A stretch of 45,051 bases of DNA from a virus, in IMG/VR virus record IMGVR_UViG_3300047498_000060, positions 1 through 45,051 of that record; one strand, given 5' to 3'. The position numbers and the translations under genes were made by a program. The notes below the pieces were generated by a model that was given only the letters and a program-made list of their open reading frames with translations, ran no database searches and had not been told where the DNA came from. Below, piece after piece: positions 18,582-26,077 of the stretch. Position 1 is the stretch's first letter. Every line of letters starts with the position of its first letter.

Positions 18582-19154
18582 TCAGCAGCGTTTCCCGCCG
18601 TGTCGATAAGAACGGGTCTTGTTGAACTCTTCCTTGATGTCGATGGCCTCCCAGAGCTGCATGCCGTTGTCGTCACAGTAGAGGAAGCACTGCGCGAGTG
18701 CGTGACCCAAGTAGGCGTGCGTCGCCTTCATGTCGCGCGGACTAAAGCTCTGGAGGGAGAGTGACACGTCGGTGTGGAGGTTCGCGAGGAACTCCTCGAA
18801 GTTCAACTTCGAGAAGTCGTAGTGGGCCTTCATCTGGTCGATCGTGGCCTGCGACACAGCCCCGTCGAGCTCACGCGCATTGCCGTCGGTGCCGCAGCGC
18901 TGGCAGACACGGATAACGAAGTCAGCGATCTCAATCGGAATACCCTCGGGCTTCCCTCCTTCGCCTGACCAGACCTCGGTGAGCGCATGGTTAGCGCGGT
19001 ATTCCTCTAGAGCCTCTGAGAGCTCGGAGTGGAACAAGATGACCGAGCGGTAGTACGGCCGCGGATCTCCTTCCTTGATCCAACCAGAAGCGCGCGCGAT
19101 AGCGTCAGAGCGCCCACAGAGCGCGAGGACAGTGTGCGTAGGTGCATCAGTCAT
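18582..19154 (-). CDS. MazG-like all-alpha NTP pyrophosphohydrolase
   Basis: HSELSEALEE, GKPEGIPIEIADFVIR and C-terminal KEEFNKTRSYRHGGKR motifs. Confidence 0.8.
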   Translation of the reverse strand: MTDAPTHTVLALCGRSDAIARASGWIKEGDPRPYYRSVILFHSELSEALEEYRANHALTEVWSGEGGKPEGIPIEIADFVIRVCQRCGTDGNARELDGAVSQATIDQMKAHYDFSKLNFEEFLANLHTDVSLSLQSFSPRDMKATHAYLGHALAQCFLYCDDNGMQLWEAIDIKEEFNKTRSYRHGGKRC

Positions 19155-19381
19155 TGGGCAGAGGCTTTCAGTGCTGCGTTCTCGGTTTCAAGTTCCACGA
19201 TGCGATCTCGCAAAGCCTTCATGGTCTCGTCTGCCTTCCGCATCAACTCGGTCATCTTCAGCATGTTGGCGGAGGTGTCGCGCTGGCCCTTCACGGCCAG
19301 GTTCAAGAGGCGGAAGAGCTCCTCCTTGTCGAGCTTGAGGAAGGACACTCGATCGAGGTCCGGTGGTACTGCTTCAGGCAT
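19151..19381 (-). CDS. Hypothetical coiled-coil protein
   Basis: Probable start MPEAVPP after GGAG; coupled to the MazG-like gene. Confidence 0.6.
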   Translation of the reverse strand: MPEAVPPDLDRVSFLKLDKEELFRLLNLAVKGQRDTSANMLKMTELMRKADETMKALRDRIVELETENAALKASAQ

Positions 19382-19438
19382 GATCTCTCCGTCGCACGCC
19401 GATCGGCGCACGTGCTCTTCGTGGGGTTGTGCGGCGAC

Positions 19439-19639
19439 CTACGGGGAGGTGCCGAAGGCCTTCGGCAGCTGCCACGGTCGTCCCGTGAGCTCCGAGATCT
19501 GCATGAGCGTCGCCCGGTGTTCCATGCAGATGGTCTCGAACTCTTTCTGAAAGGCCGCACTCTCCGCGGGAGAGCCTGACTGCACGATGGCGCGTTTCAG
19601 AATAGCAAGACGATCTACACGACGGTCCACTACGGGCAT
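19439..19639 (-). CDS. Hypothetical protein
   Basis: AAGGAG SD. Confidence 0.55.
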   Translation of the reverse strand: MPVVDRRVDRLAILKRAIVQSGSPAESAAFQKEFETICMEHRATLMQISELTGRPWQLPKAFGTSP

Positions 19640-19674
19640 GAGCAACTCCTTCGGATGGTTGGTACTCCGTAACG

Positions 19675-20253
19675 TCAGGTACCCACCAGCATTGGAAGGC
19701 GACCCTCGTAGTCTTGCTGAATGACGTCGATGTCGACACTCACACCGGCGACCTGAACGGTGGGGTAGAGCTGCAGTTGGCAGAACCCGCAGCTAGGCGT
19801 CGGCACAGAGCTCATCGAGTGCCAGTACCGCACGACTCCGAGCGCGTACAACTCGGCCGCAGTTAGAGGCTGCGCGGCTCCGACGTAGAGGCCCGGCTGG
19901 TACCCCGCAGAGCTCACTGCGTTGGCCCACGCGTTGATCTTACCGATCACCATGGTCGCCGGCTCGTTCACGCTCTCGACGTCGAGCCAGATGGTAGCGC
20001 CTGCGGGGATTCCAAGTGCCTCGAGCTCGGCAACCGTAGCTGCCCCGTCCCACTTGTCCGCGTAGGTGACGAAAGACAGGAGCAGACCCGCGCCCGTGAT
20101 CGCCGCTACCTCGAAAGCGCCGATGCTTCCGAGGTAACGAATTGCGAACGAGAACCCATATGCCTTCAGAGCCGCAGCACTCTCGGATGTGAGCGTCGTG
20201 ACGGTGTCGATGCCTCGCGCGCCCACAACTGCCTTCTGTACTGCCAAACTCAT
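19675..20253 (-). CDS. DUF1906 / Rv2525c-like GH25-related peptidoglycan hydrolase (endolysin candidate)
   Basis: GIDT...LKAYGFSFAIRYL...GIPAGATIWLDVE...GYQPGLYVG...VDID pattern. Confidence 0.8.
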   Translation of the reverse strand: MSLAVQKAVVGARGIDTVTTLTSESAAALKAYGFSFAIRYLGSIGAFEVAAITGAGLLLSFVTYADKWDGAATVAELEALGIPAGATIWLDVESVNEPATMVIGKINAWANAVSSAGYQPGLYVGAAQPLTAAELYALGVVRYWHSMSSVPTPSCGFCQLQLYPTVQVAGVSVDIDVIQQDYEGRLPMLVGT

Positions 20254-20306
20254 GTGGTTGATGTACCGGTTCTGTTAGAAGTACGCAAGCACGACTTGTT
20301 CGCGGG

Positions 20307-20897
20307 TTATCGCTTCTTACGGCCAACCTCGCCGCAGAGGCTCTGCATCGCCGCATCGTCCGCCGGCACGTGGCCGCTACGCACCATCGCAGCCAGGACG
20401 TATCCACAAGCCTCCGCGTCAGCGACCGCGCGATGCGCACCGCTGAGCGTGACGCCAAAACGGGGAGCCACGTCCGCGAGCTTGTTGCCTGGTGTTGGGT
20501 GGTACCTCCTGGCTAAGTCAAGCGTGCAGACGCGAAACTCCGGTGCGCGATACTTCGCGCCGCACCGATTGAGCTCCTGCAGCAGCATCCGTTCGTCGAA
20601 ACTAAAGTTGTGGGAGACCCACACCGGTGCGTCGAACTCTACAAGGAGCCGCGGAAGCATGTCCTCGAAGCGGGGCTGTCCCTGGAGCTGCTCTCGAGTA
20701 ATGCCGTTCACCTTGAGGGCACCCTGTACCTCTTGATCGTTCCAGTCCACATCCGACGGGCAGAACAGACTCGACCAATGGCGCACGGCTACGCCGCGCT
20801 CGAAGGTCACCACACCCAGCTCGATGATCCGCGAGTGTTTCCGGAACCCGGTTGTCTCGCAGTCGAAAGCACTCCACGATTGCTCGTACCACCTCAT
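20307..20897 (-). CDS. DEDDh 3'-5' exonuclease (DNA Pol III epsilon-like)
   Basis: FDCETTG, RIIELG, HNFSFD, HRAVADA; start MRWYEQ at 20897 (ATGA overlap). Confidence 0.92.
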   Translation of the reverse strand: MRWYEQSWSAFDCETTGFRKHSRIIELGVVTFERGVAVRHWSSLFCPSDVDWNDQEVQGALKVNGITREQLQGQPRFEDMLPRLLVEFDAPVWVSHNFSFDERMLLQELNRCGAKYRAPEFRVCTLDLARRYHPTPGNKLADVAPRFGVTLSGAHRAVADAEACGYVLAAMVRSGHVPADDAAMQSLCGEVGRKKR

Positions 20898-21400
20898 GAC
20901 TTCTCCCTCGTCAACGTTGAAGGAAGGTCCTCCCAAGTCACCGCGGCTCGCCCACACATGGAACAACGCCCAGCGTGAGCATCCCGAATGATCCCGGTAG
21001 CCTCCTTGGCCCCTGCCAGTAGGTCTTCTGACAGCTCCTTGCGCAGCATGCGTTCCACAAGGAGTCCCATACCTTCTCCCCCATCGGAAAGAAAGATTGC
21101 CCCATAGAGCGCGGACATCTGGAGGGTGCGGTCTCCATCCCTGAGCCATCTCTCGAGCCACGCTCGCACCAGAACACCCCGAACAAGACCTGGTCCGATA
21201 ACTAAAAAACCGGACTCGAGTTGGCCCCTGCCCAGCATGCAGTCCGAGATCGTGGTCCGGAGGCGGTCGACACCGTAGTTCCGCACGTAGGTAGCCAGAA
21301 CCGTGGTGCTTAGCTCTGTGGCGTGCGACGTAGCACGATGCTTGTTCCCCAGCCTCGCGCGCCAATGCGAGAGGACACAGCTGAACGAGGGAACAAGCAT
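20894..21400 (-). CDS. Hypothetical protein (C-terminal CxxC)
   Basis: Fills the gap and is coupled to the exonuclease. Confidence 0.5.
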   Translation of the reverse strand: MLVPSFSCVLSHWRARLGNKHRATSHATELSTTVLATYVRNYGVDRLRTTISDCMLGRGQLESGFLVIGPGLVRGVLVRAWLERWLRDGDRTLQMSALYGAIFLSDGGEGMGLLVERMLRKELSEDLLAGAKEATGIIRDAHAGRCSMCGRAAVTWEDLPSTLTREKS

Positions 21401-21408
21401 CTTCTTCT

Positions 21409-21870
21409 CTACGTGTAGTGGATCTTGCCGTCGTCGCCCACGTAGAAGTCGGGAGCACTGTATGCCTCACACGCCATCGTGAGCGCCTCACCGTGGAACC
21501 AGCCCCCATCCCAGAACCCTGCGCCCGCTCCCGTACGCGTGAGCCAGAAGTCTTCGCCGGCGAACTGCGTGTCCGTGCGGCCAATAGGGTCGGCGTAGAC
21601 GCGCCCGCCGATGATGAGGTTCTCGTACTCCTCTCGGAAGACGGAGCACTCCTTCCAGATGCGCGCGAGACTCTCGTGGTGGAGGTCAAACCTGGTGAAC
21701 TTCGACCGTAGGGTGAACAACGGTACGTCATCCTTGTCGTAGACGTACGTGTTGCCCAGGCCCGCCTCGATGAAGGCCTCGCCTAGCAACCCAAGAGCGC
21801 GGACGGGCGTGTGGCCCATGAAGAGGCAGTGGTGAACGAAGTCAGCCGTCGCAGTCGTCATCATCGTCAT
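21409..21870 (-). CDS. Conserved phage hypothetical protein
   Basis: AGEDFWLTRTGAGAGFWD and YVGDDGKIH motifs, which I recall from other phage proteins. Confidence 0.75.
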   Translation of the reverse strand: MTMMTTATADFVHHCLFMGHTPVRALGLLGEAFIEAGLGNTYVYDKDDVPLFTLRSKFTRFDLHHESLARIWKECSVFREEYENLIIGGRVYADPIGRTDTQFAGEDFWLTRTGAGAGFWDGGWFHGEALTMACEAYSAPDFYVGDDGKIHYT

Positions 21871-22051
21871 CGAGCACCCTCGGCTTGTCCTCTTTGGGAC
21901 GAAGCTCCTCAAGCACCTCGTTGTTCAGCTCCTCACGGGCGATCTCGTAGAAGCCCGGCATCGCCATGAGCTCCGCCGGCGACATCTTCCCCACGAGCTC
22001 CTCGAGCTTTTCGTCGAACTCCTCCTGCGTGATGCTGCCGTAGTCAGGCAT
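21842..22051 (-). CDS. Small acidic hypothetical protein
   Basis: AGGAG SD; very acidic (DNA-mimic-like composition). Confidence 0.7.
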   Translation of the reverse strand: MPDYGSITQEEFDEKLEELVGKMSPAELMAMPGFYEIAREELNNEVLEELRPKEDKPRVLDDDDDDCDG

Positions 22052-22307
22052 AGGCTCTCCTGTGCGCCTCGACGAGACGCAGCTTGGCGCTGCGGCACAG
22101 GCGCTTGATGCGGTTCTCTTCTTTGATGGCAGCTCCCTTGGTCTCGCAGAGCTTCTGGTAGACCAGCGTCCATGGTCGCCCTGGACGCGTAGCCTTGGCT
22201 CCCCCTACGCCGTTGTGCTCGCCGACTCGTCGCTCAACGTCGTTCGTCATGCCGGTGTAGAGCTTCGTCTTCGAGCTGTTCTCGAGGATGTAGACGTAGA
22301 ACTCCAT
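22044..22307 (-). CDS. GIY-YIG nuclease (SLX1/YhbQ-like)
   Basis: YVYIL...LYTGMTNDVERRVGEHN...GAKATR...RPWTLVY...E..IK; AAGGAGG SD. Confidence 0.9.
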   Translation of the reverse strand: MEFYVYILENSSKTKLYTGMTNDVERRVGEHNGVGGAKATRPGRPWTLVYQKLCETKGAAIKEENRIKRLCRSAKLRLVEAHRRAYA

Positions 22308-22556
22308 CAGACCTCCTTCGGCTTGAGCATGCCCGTCTCCATGTCCACCACCCGATGAAGAGATACTTCCACCCAAGGCCGTACGCACCATCGGGAGCAT
22401 GAGGCGGGGGCGTCTTGTGCGTGCAGTCGGGGCCCACTTTGAGGCAGACGACCTGCCCGAAGGTCACGCTGTCCATCGCCTCGTTCCGGAACGCGGCCCA
22501 GTCCCCGCCGCGCTTCTTCAGGTCCTGTAATATCTCTGGAGAGACAATCGACTCAC
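22307..22556 (-). pseudogene. Frameshifted hypothetical gene (two apparent indels; possibly sequencing errors)
   Basis: Removing TC at ~22541 and adding one G at ~22349 gives MSRLSPEILQDLKKRGG...GWVDMETGMLKPKEV*, with GTGA and TGATG overlaps at the two ends. Confidence 0.55.
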
Positions 22557-22888
22557 TTTCCACGCGCTGCCTTTCTGGCGGTGACGGCTGCCGATGTGTG
22601 CTGAGCGGCGAACGTTGCCGCGTTTGCCTTGGGGACACGGATAGTCAACTGGGTCTTCGCCATAGTGGCGGTCGCCTGTGTGCCGTCTGTGAGCGCAGTA
22701 ACTACCCCCTCGACACCCTCTGCAAGAGAGCAGATGAAGTCGACGTAAACGTTGCTCGTCTGATCCTCGAGGGGCGTGCAGATCGCGTCGGTAATGTCCG
22801 TGACGAAGTTCTCGGCGTTCTTCGCTTCCTGCGCGGTGCAGGCCACGAGCAGCGTGGTGACAGTACCTACAATAATGGTCTTCTTCAT
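22553..22888 (-). CDS. Lipoprotein
   Basis: Signal peptide II MKKTIIVGTVTTLLVA-C; AAGGA SD. Confidence 0.8.
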   Translation of the reverse strand: MKKTIIVGTVTTLLVACTAQEAKNAENFVTDITDAICTPLEDQTSNVYVDFICSLAEGVEGVVTALTDGTQATATMAKTQLTIRVPKANAATFAAQHTSAAVTARKAARGK

Positions 22889-22903
22889 GTCGGTTTCCTT
22901 TGG

Positions 22904-23227
22904 TTACGGGAGACAGAGTACGGCTTCTACTCGCTCTGCCATAGGCATGGCACCATCTGCAAGCATGGCGCGGATGGTGTAAGCACGCCCAGGCGTAATG
23001 GACGCGCGCCCACCTGTCACAACAACGTCCAGATCTACTTTCTTCAGGCGTTCCAGCAGCGCAGTCCTAGAGGCCGCGTAACTGCTGGACCATAACTTCG
23101 CGCGACCCTTTAGAGTAGCACCACTCCAGGATTCGATGCCCGCAAGAAGGGCCCTCTGATAGGCACCCTTCGCACACTTATTGGCCAGAAGGCGTGCCGC
23201 ATCAGACCCATACGTCGTGTAGGCCAT
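22904..23227 (-). CDS. Hypothetical protein with C-terminal MAERVExVL motif
   Basis: GGAGGAG SD; coupled ORF. Confidence 0.7.
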   Translation of the reverse strand: MAYTTYGSDAARLLANKCAKGAYQRALLAGIESWSGATLKGRAKLWSSSYAASRTALLERLKKVDLDVVVTGGRASITPGRAYTIRAMLADGAMPMAERVEAVLCLP

Positions 23228-23550
23228 CAGCTCCTCCCAGGCGGTCTTAGCGGCTTCAGCCCCACATTCACTGTGACCTCCTTGCCTCGTGGAACCTTAC
23301 CTGCCGAGAATGCGTTCTCGTACTGTGGTTCGTGCTTGTCGAGGACGCTCTGAGCCCACTTCCGCTGCTTGGAGCTCAGCGTGGCGCGGCCTGAGCGCTG
23401 AAGCTGGTGGTGCATGTCGTCGAACGCTGAGTGCTCCTCGTCGCTGAGCTCGAAGGTGAGCAGTTTCTTGATGAGACTGACGTCGGCGGCGTGAACCTCC
23501 TCCTTCGAGAGCTCGCTGACATCGTCCCGGTCTTCGTCGTCCTTGAACAT
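23227..23550 (-). CDS. Hypothetical protein
   Basis: Preceded by the ACAAG-N4-GTGGAGG motif. Confidence 0.75.
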   Translation of the reverse strand: MFKDDEDRDDVSELSKEEVHAADVSLIKKLLTFELSDEEHSAFDDMHHQLQRSGRATLSSKQRKWAQSVLDKHEPQYENAFSAGKVPRGKEVTVNVGLKPLRPPGRS

Positions 23551-23556
23551 CTAGTG

Positions 23557-23634
23557 CCTCCACTGCTCTTGTACCGCGTAGTTCTGACAGCTTGCACAAG
23601 CACGGAAGAGAACAGGGGACAAGAGCAGTGGAGG
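23557..23634. promoter_or_regulatory. Divergent pair of leader motifs forming a perfect 16-bp inverted repeat
   Basis: cctccactgctcttgt (23557-23572) and acaagagcagtggagg (23619-23634), each 6 nt upstream of an ATG. Confidence 0.75.
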
Positions 23635-23640
23635 AACAAC

Positions 23641-24009
23641 ATGGCCAAGAAGCTGACACTGCGTCCAGAAGTCGCGGCATTCGCGCAGTTGATGGAGCGT
23701 GAGCTCCGAAAGAACGACCACAAAGGGACGTCCGGCTGGAAGAACGACACCGTCGACGACCTCCTGGTGCGTATCTTCGAGGAGACCGAGGAGCTCATTG
23801 CCTCCTTTCGGCCCTCGGGGAAGCGCGATGGGAAGAAGCGGAACGAACGTTTCCTGTTCCTCACCGTGCACCACATCGGGATAGCCGGACAGCAGATCGC
23901 CGACACGAACCCCATCCCCACGCGCACGACTGTCTCCGAGGCTGTCGACATCGCGAACTTCATCATGATGGTCGTCGATGTGCTCGGCGGCCTGAAAGAG
24001 AACGAATGA
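23641..24009 (+). CDS. MazG-like / all-alpha dNTP pyrophosphohydrolase-like protein
   Basis: FAQLMERELRKNDHKG...W...EETEEL...EAVDIANFIMM. Confidence 0.65.
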   Translation: MAKKLTLRPEVAAFAQLMERELRKNDHKGTSGWKNDTVDDLLVRIFEETEELIASFRPSGKRDGKKRNERFLFLTVHHIGIAGQQIADTNPIPTRTTVSEAVDIANFIMMVVDVLGGLKENE

Positions 24010-24080
24010 TCCCACCGATCCAAGAGGTCGCAGCACGAGAGCTCTTCGCCCTCATCGCCGACATCGCCTAGGAGGACCTG

Positions 24081-24719
24081 ATGGATAACGTACGACACAG
24101 CTCCGTCTCGAACGAGCACTACACGCCGCCCGAGATCGTTGAGGCTGCGCGCCTCACCTTGGGGCACATAAACCTCGACCCCGCAAGCTGCGCGAAGGCC
24201 AACGCCGTGGTGCGCGCCGACCGCTGGCACGGCCTCGTCGACAACGGCTACTTGCAGGCCTGGGAAGGCAACGTCTTCCTGAACCCTCCCGGAGGCTGGT
24301 GCGACGTCTACGGTCGCCCGGTCATCAAGAAGTCCAAAGACAAGGCAGCCTGCACCCTCACGGGCGAGTGCGGGCTCGCTCCGGGGCACACGCACACGGG
24401 CACCGAGTCCTCGCAGAAGCTCTGGTGGCAGCGCCTCTCGCAGGCGTGGGCAGAGGGGCACGTTCACAACGCCATCTTCATCTGCTTCTCCATCGAGCTC
24501 CTGCAGTCCACGCAGGTCGACACAAAGGGACCGCTCCCCCTCGAGTTCCCCATCTGCTTCCCCGCGCGCCGCGTCCCCTACATCGGCGGGGACGGGAAAC
24601 CCCAGGGGAGCCCTCCTCACGCGAGCTGCATCATCTGCCTGACCAACAAACAGGACGTGCTCACACGCTTCATCGATCGCTTCTCGACGTTCGGACACAT
24701 CGTGGTGCCGCGCGCCTGA
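24081..24719 (+). CDS. Phage DNA N6-adenine methyltransferase (Dam-like Pfam family)
   Basis: EHYTPPEIV, INLDPAS, NGYLQAWEGNVFLNPP, ICFPARRVPY; AGGAGG SD. Confidence 0.85.
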   Translation: MDNVRHSSVSNEHYTPPEIVEAARLTLGHINLDPASCAKANAVVRADRWHGLVDNGYLQAWEGNVFLNPPGGWCDVYGRPVIKKSKDKAACTLTGECGLAPGHTHTGTESSQKLWWQRLSQAWAEGHVHNAIFICFSIELLQSTQVDTKGPLPLEFPICFPARRVPYIGGDGKPQGSPPHASCIICLTNKQDVLTRFIDRFSTFGHIVVPRA

Positions 24720-24721
24720 GA

Positions 24722-24758
24722 GCTAAGAAAGAAGGGTCTCCCCTTCTTTCTTCTTAGC
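24722..24758. terminator. Bidirectional terminator between convergent genes
   Basis: gctaagaaagaagggtctccccttctttcttcttagc, with TTCTTAGC on both strands. Confidence 0.8.
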
Positions 24759-24973
24759 TACGGCTTCAGGTTCTTGAAGCCCTCGAGGACACGCCACTCG
24801 ACCTTGCCGTCCTTCGGCTTTTGATTCAACTGGTTCATCATGCCCACGAGCCGCGCCTGGTTCGTGCTCATCCTGGGCCTGCCGCGAAGTACTTTCTCAA
24901 CGCGCTCAGCCATCGAAAGGGTCTGATCCTGCATCACGGCAGCTCTCCATGCCACGTCGTCTGCTTCTGACAT
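24758..24973 (-). CDS. Hypothetical protein with MAERVExVL motif
   Basis: AGGAG SD. Confidence 0.7.
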   Translation of the reverse strand: MSEADDVAWRAAVMQDQTLSMAERVEKVLRGRPRMSTNQARLVGMMNQLNQKPKDGKVEWRVLEGFKNLKP

Positions 24974-24979
24974 GCTCTC

Positions 24980-25462
24980 CTACAGCTTGAGATCGAAGCG
25001 GATGTAATCCGCGGGAAAGGGCACCGAGACATCACAAGTAAACGTCTGGCCGTCTTTGCTCATCTTGGGGTTGCTGACCTCGAAGCCGACGATCGGCGTC
25101 CGCGTGAGCGGCGTGAGGATGGTCTCCATCGCCTCGGCGATCCTCTCCTTCACGACGGAGTCCCGCAGAGTCTTCTCGTCGCGAAGGACCGTCTCAACGC
25201 GGTCTGCCATGGGCGTTCGCTCGTCGGTGAGGACCATCCTTCGCCACGCAGCGACCCGCATGTTGATGTCGTCGAGCCGTGCGTTAGTGAACTCGCTCTG
25301 CGAGAGCGGCTGGACGAGCCCGAGGGATTCACGGACGTCGGCCTCCGTGAGGTCAGGCACTGTGTCATCGCTACCGGACTGGGAGGACACCGAAGCGGCT
25401 GTGTATGAAGCGGGGTCGGCCTGGTCCACGGGAACCCCCGGGTGGGGCAGCCAGGGATTCAT
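24980..25462 (-). CDS. Hypothetical protein with MADRVExVL motif
   Basis: AAGGAGG SD. Confidence 0.7.
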   Translation of the reverse strand: MNPWLPHPGVPVDQADPASYTAASVSSQSGSDDTVPDLTEADVRESLGLVQPLSQSEFTNARLDDINMRVAAWRRMVLTDERTPMADRVETVLRDEKTLRDSVVKERIAEAMETILTPLTRTPIVGFEVSNPKMSKDGQTFTCDVSVPFPADYIRFDLKL

Positions 25463-25731
25463 CTGTCACCTCCTTGCCGGTATGTGTGTCGATGACCTTC
25501 CAGAGGTACAGGGTGACGGGGACCTTCGTCGTCTTCGACGCAATCTTCGCCTCCTTGACCCGCTGGGCCTTGCAGCTGAGGGCGTCTGCGACGGTCCCTC
25601 GGCTGGCAATGGCTTTTCCGTTGTACTGGACGACGTAGCGTAGACTGCCCGTACGACCAGCAGCGCGAACAGGTGGGCGCGGCTTAGCCGCGGTCGTTCG
25701 GCGTCTTCGGGTGACACTTGGTAGGCTCATG
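25371..25731 (-). CDS. Hypothetical basic protein (possibly the distal half of the frameshifted upstream gene)
   Basis: MSLPSVTRRRR...YVVQYNGKAIASRGT; start uncertain. Confidence 0.5.
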
Positions 25732-25749
25732 CTGCACACAGTGTACTGG

Positions 25750-26076
25750 TCACCGTCCTGGGTGACCACCATCGTTCTGGGTGACCACCATCGTTCTATC
25801 AGGGCCGATACCCTTGTCGATGCCAAGCACGGCCTCGTACTGCTGCCCATCCGCGCCCGTGATAGTCATCGTGTCCGTCTTCTTCGGGGTCACCAAAGCC
25901 TGCTCGAGAGCGCGGTTGGTCCGGGCCTGCGCGCGGCGCTGCCCCAGCTCCTGCTGACGACGCTGTCGGCGGTTTGGTTGCGCCCGCAGCAAGGGAGGAG
26001 GGGCCTCGGGTACCGGAGCGAGCTTGGGCGGGTTCTTGGCGAGCGCTGCCAAGGTGTTACTGAGGAAGGTTCGCAT
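25750..26076 (-). CDS. Hypothetical basic protein ending shortly after a 19-bp tandem duplication
   Basis: AGGAG SD before MRTFLSN; NRRQRR motif. Confidence 0.6.
   Translation of the reverse strand: MRTFLSNTLAALAKNPPKLAPVPEAPPPLLRAQPNRRQRRQQELGQRRAQARTNRALEQALVTPKKTDTMTITGADGQQYEAVLGIDKGIGPDRTMVVTQNDGGHPGR
25758..25795. repeat. Perfect 19-bp tandem duplication
   Basis: ctgggtgaccaccatcgtt x2. Confidence 0.95.
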
Positions 26077-26077
26077 A

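Noticed and set aside
20307-21731. 474-aa ORF suggesting a large exonuclease fusion
   Set aside because: The N-terminal ~280 aa are low-complexity and overlap two better genes; the real start is at 20897 with an SD and ATGA coupling
17410-24009. Z-base (PurZ/DatZ/MazZ) pathway
   Set aside because: No PurZ or HD-domain DatZ in the window; MazG-like and NT5C genes are common in large phages
23376-24698. 440-aa minus-strand ORF
   Set aside because: Antisense to the motif-supported MazG-like and methyltransferase genes
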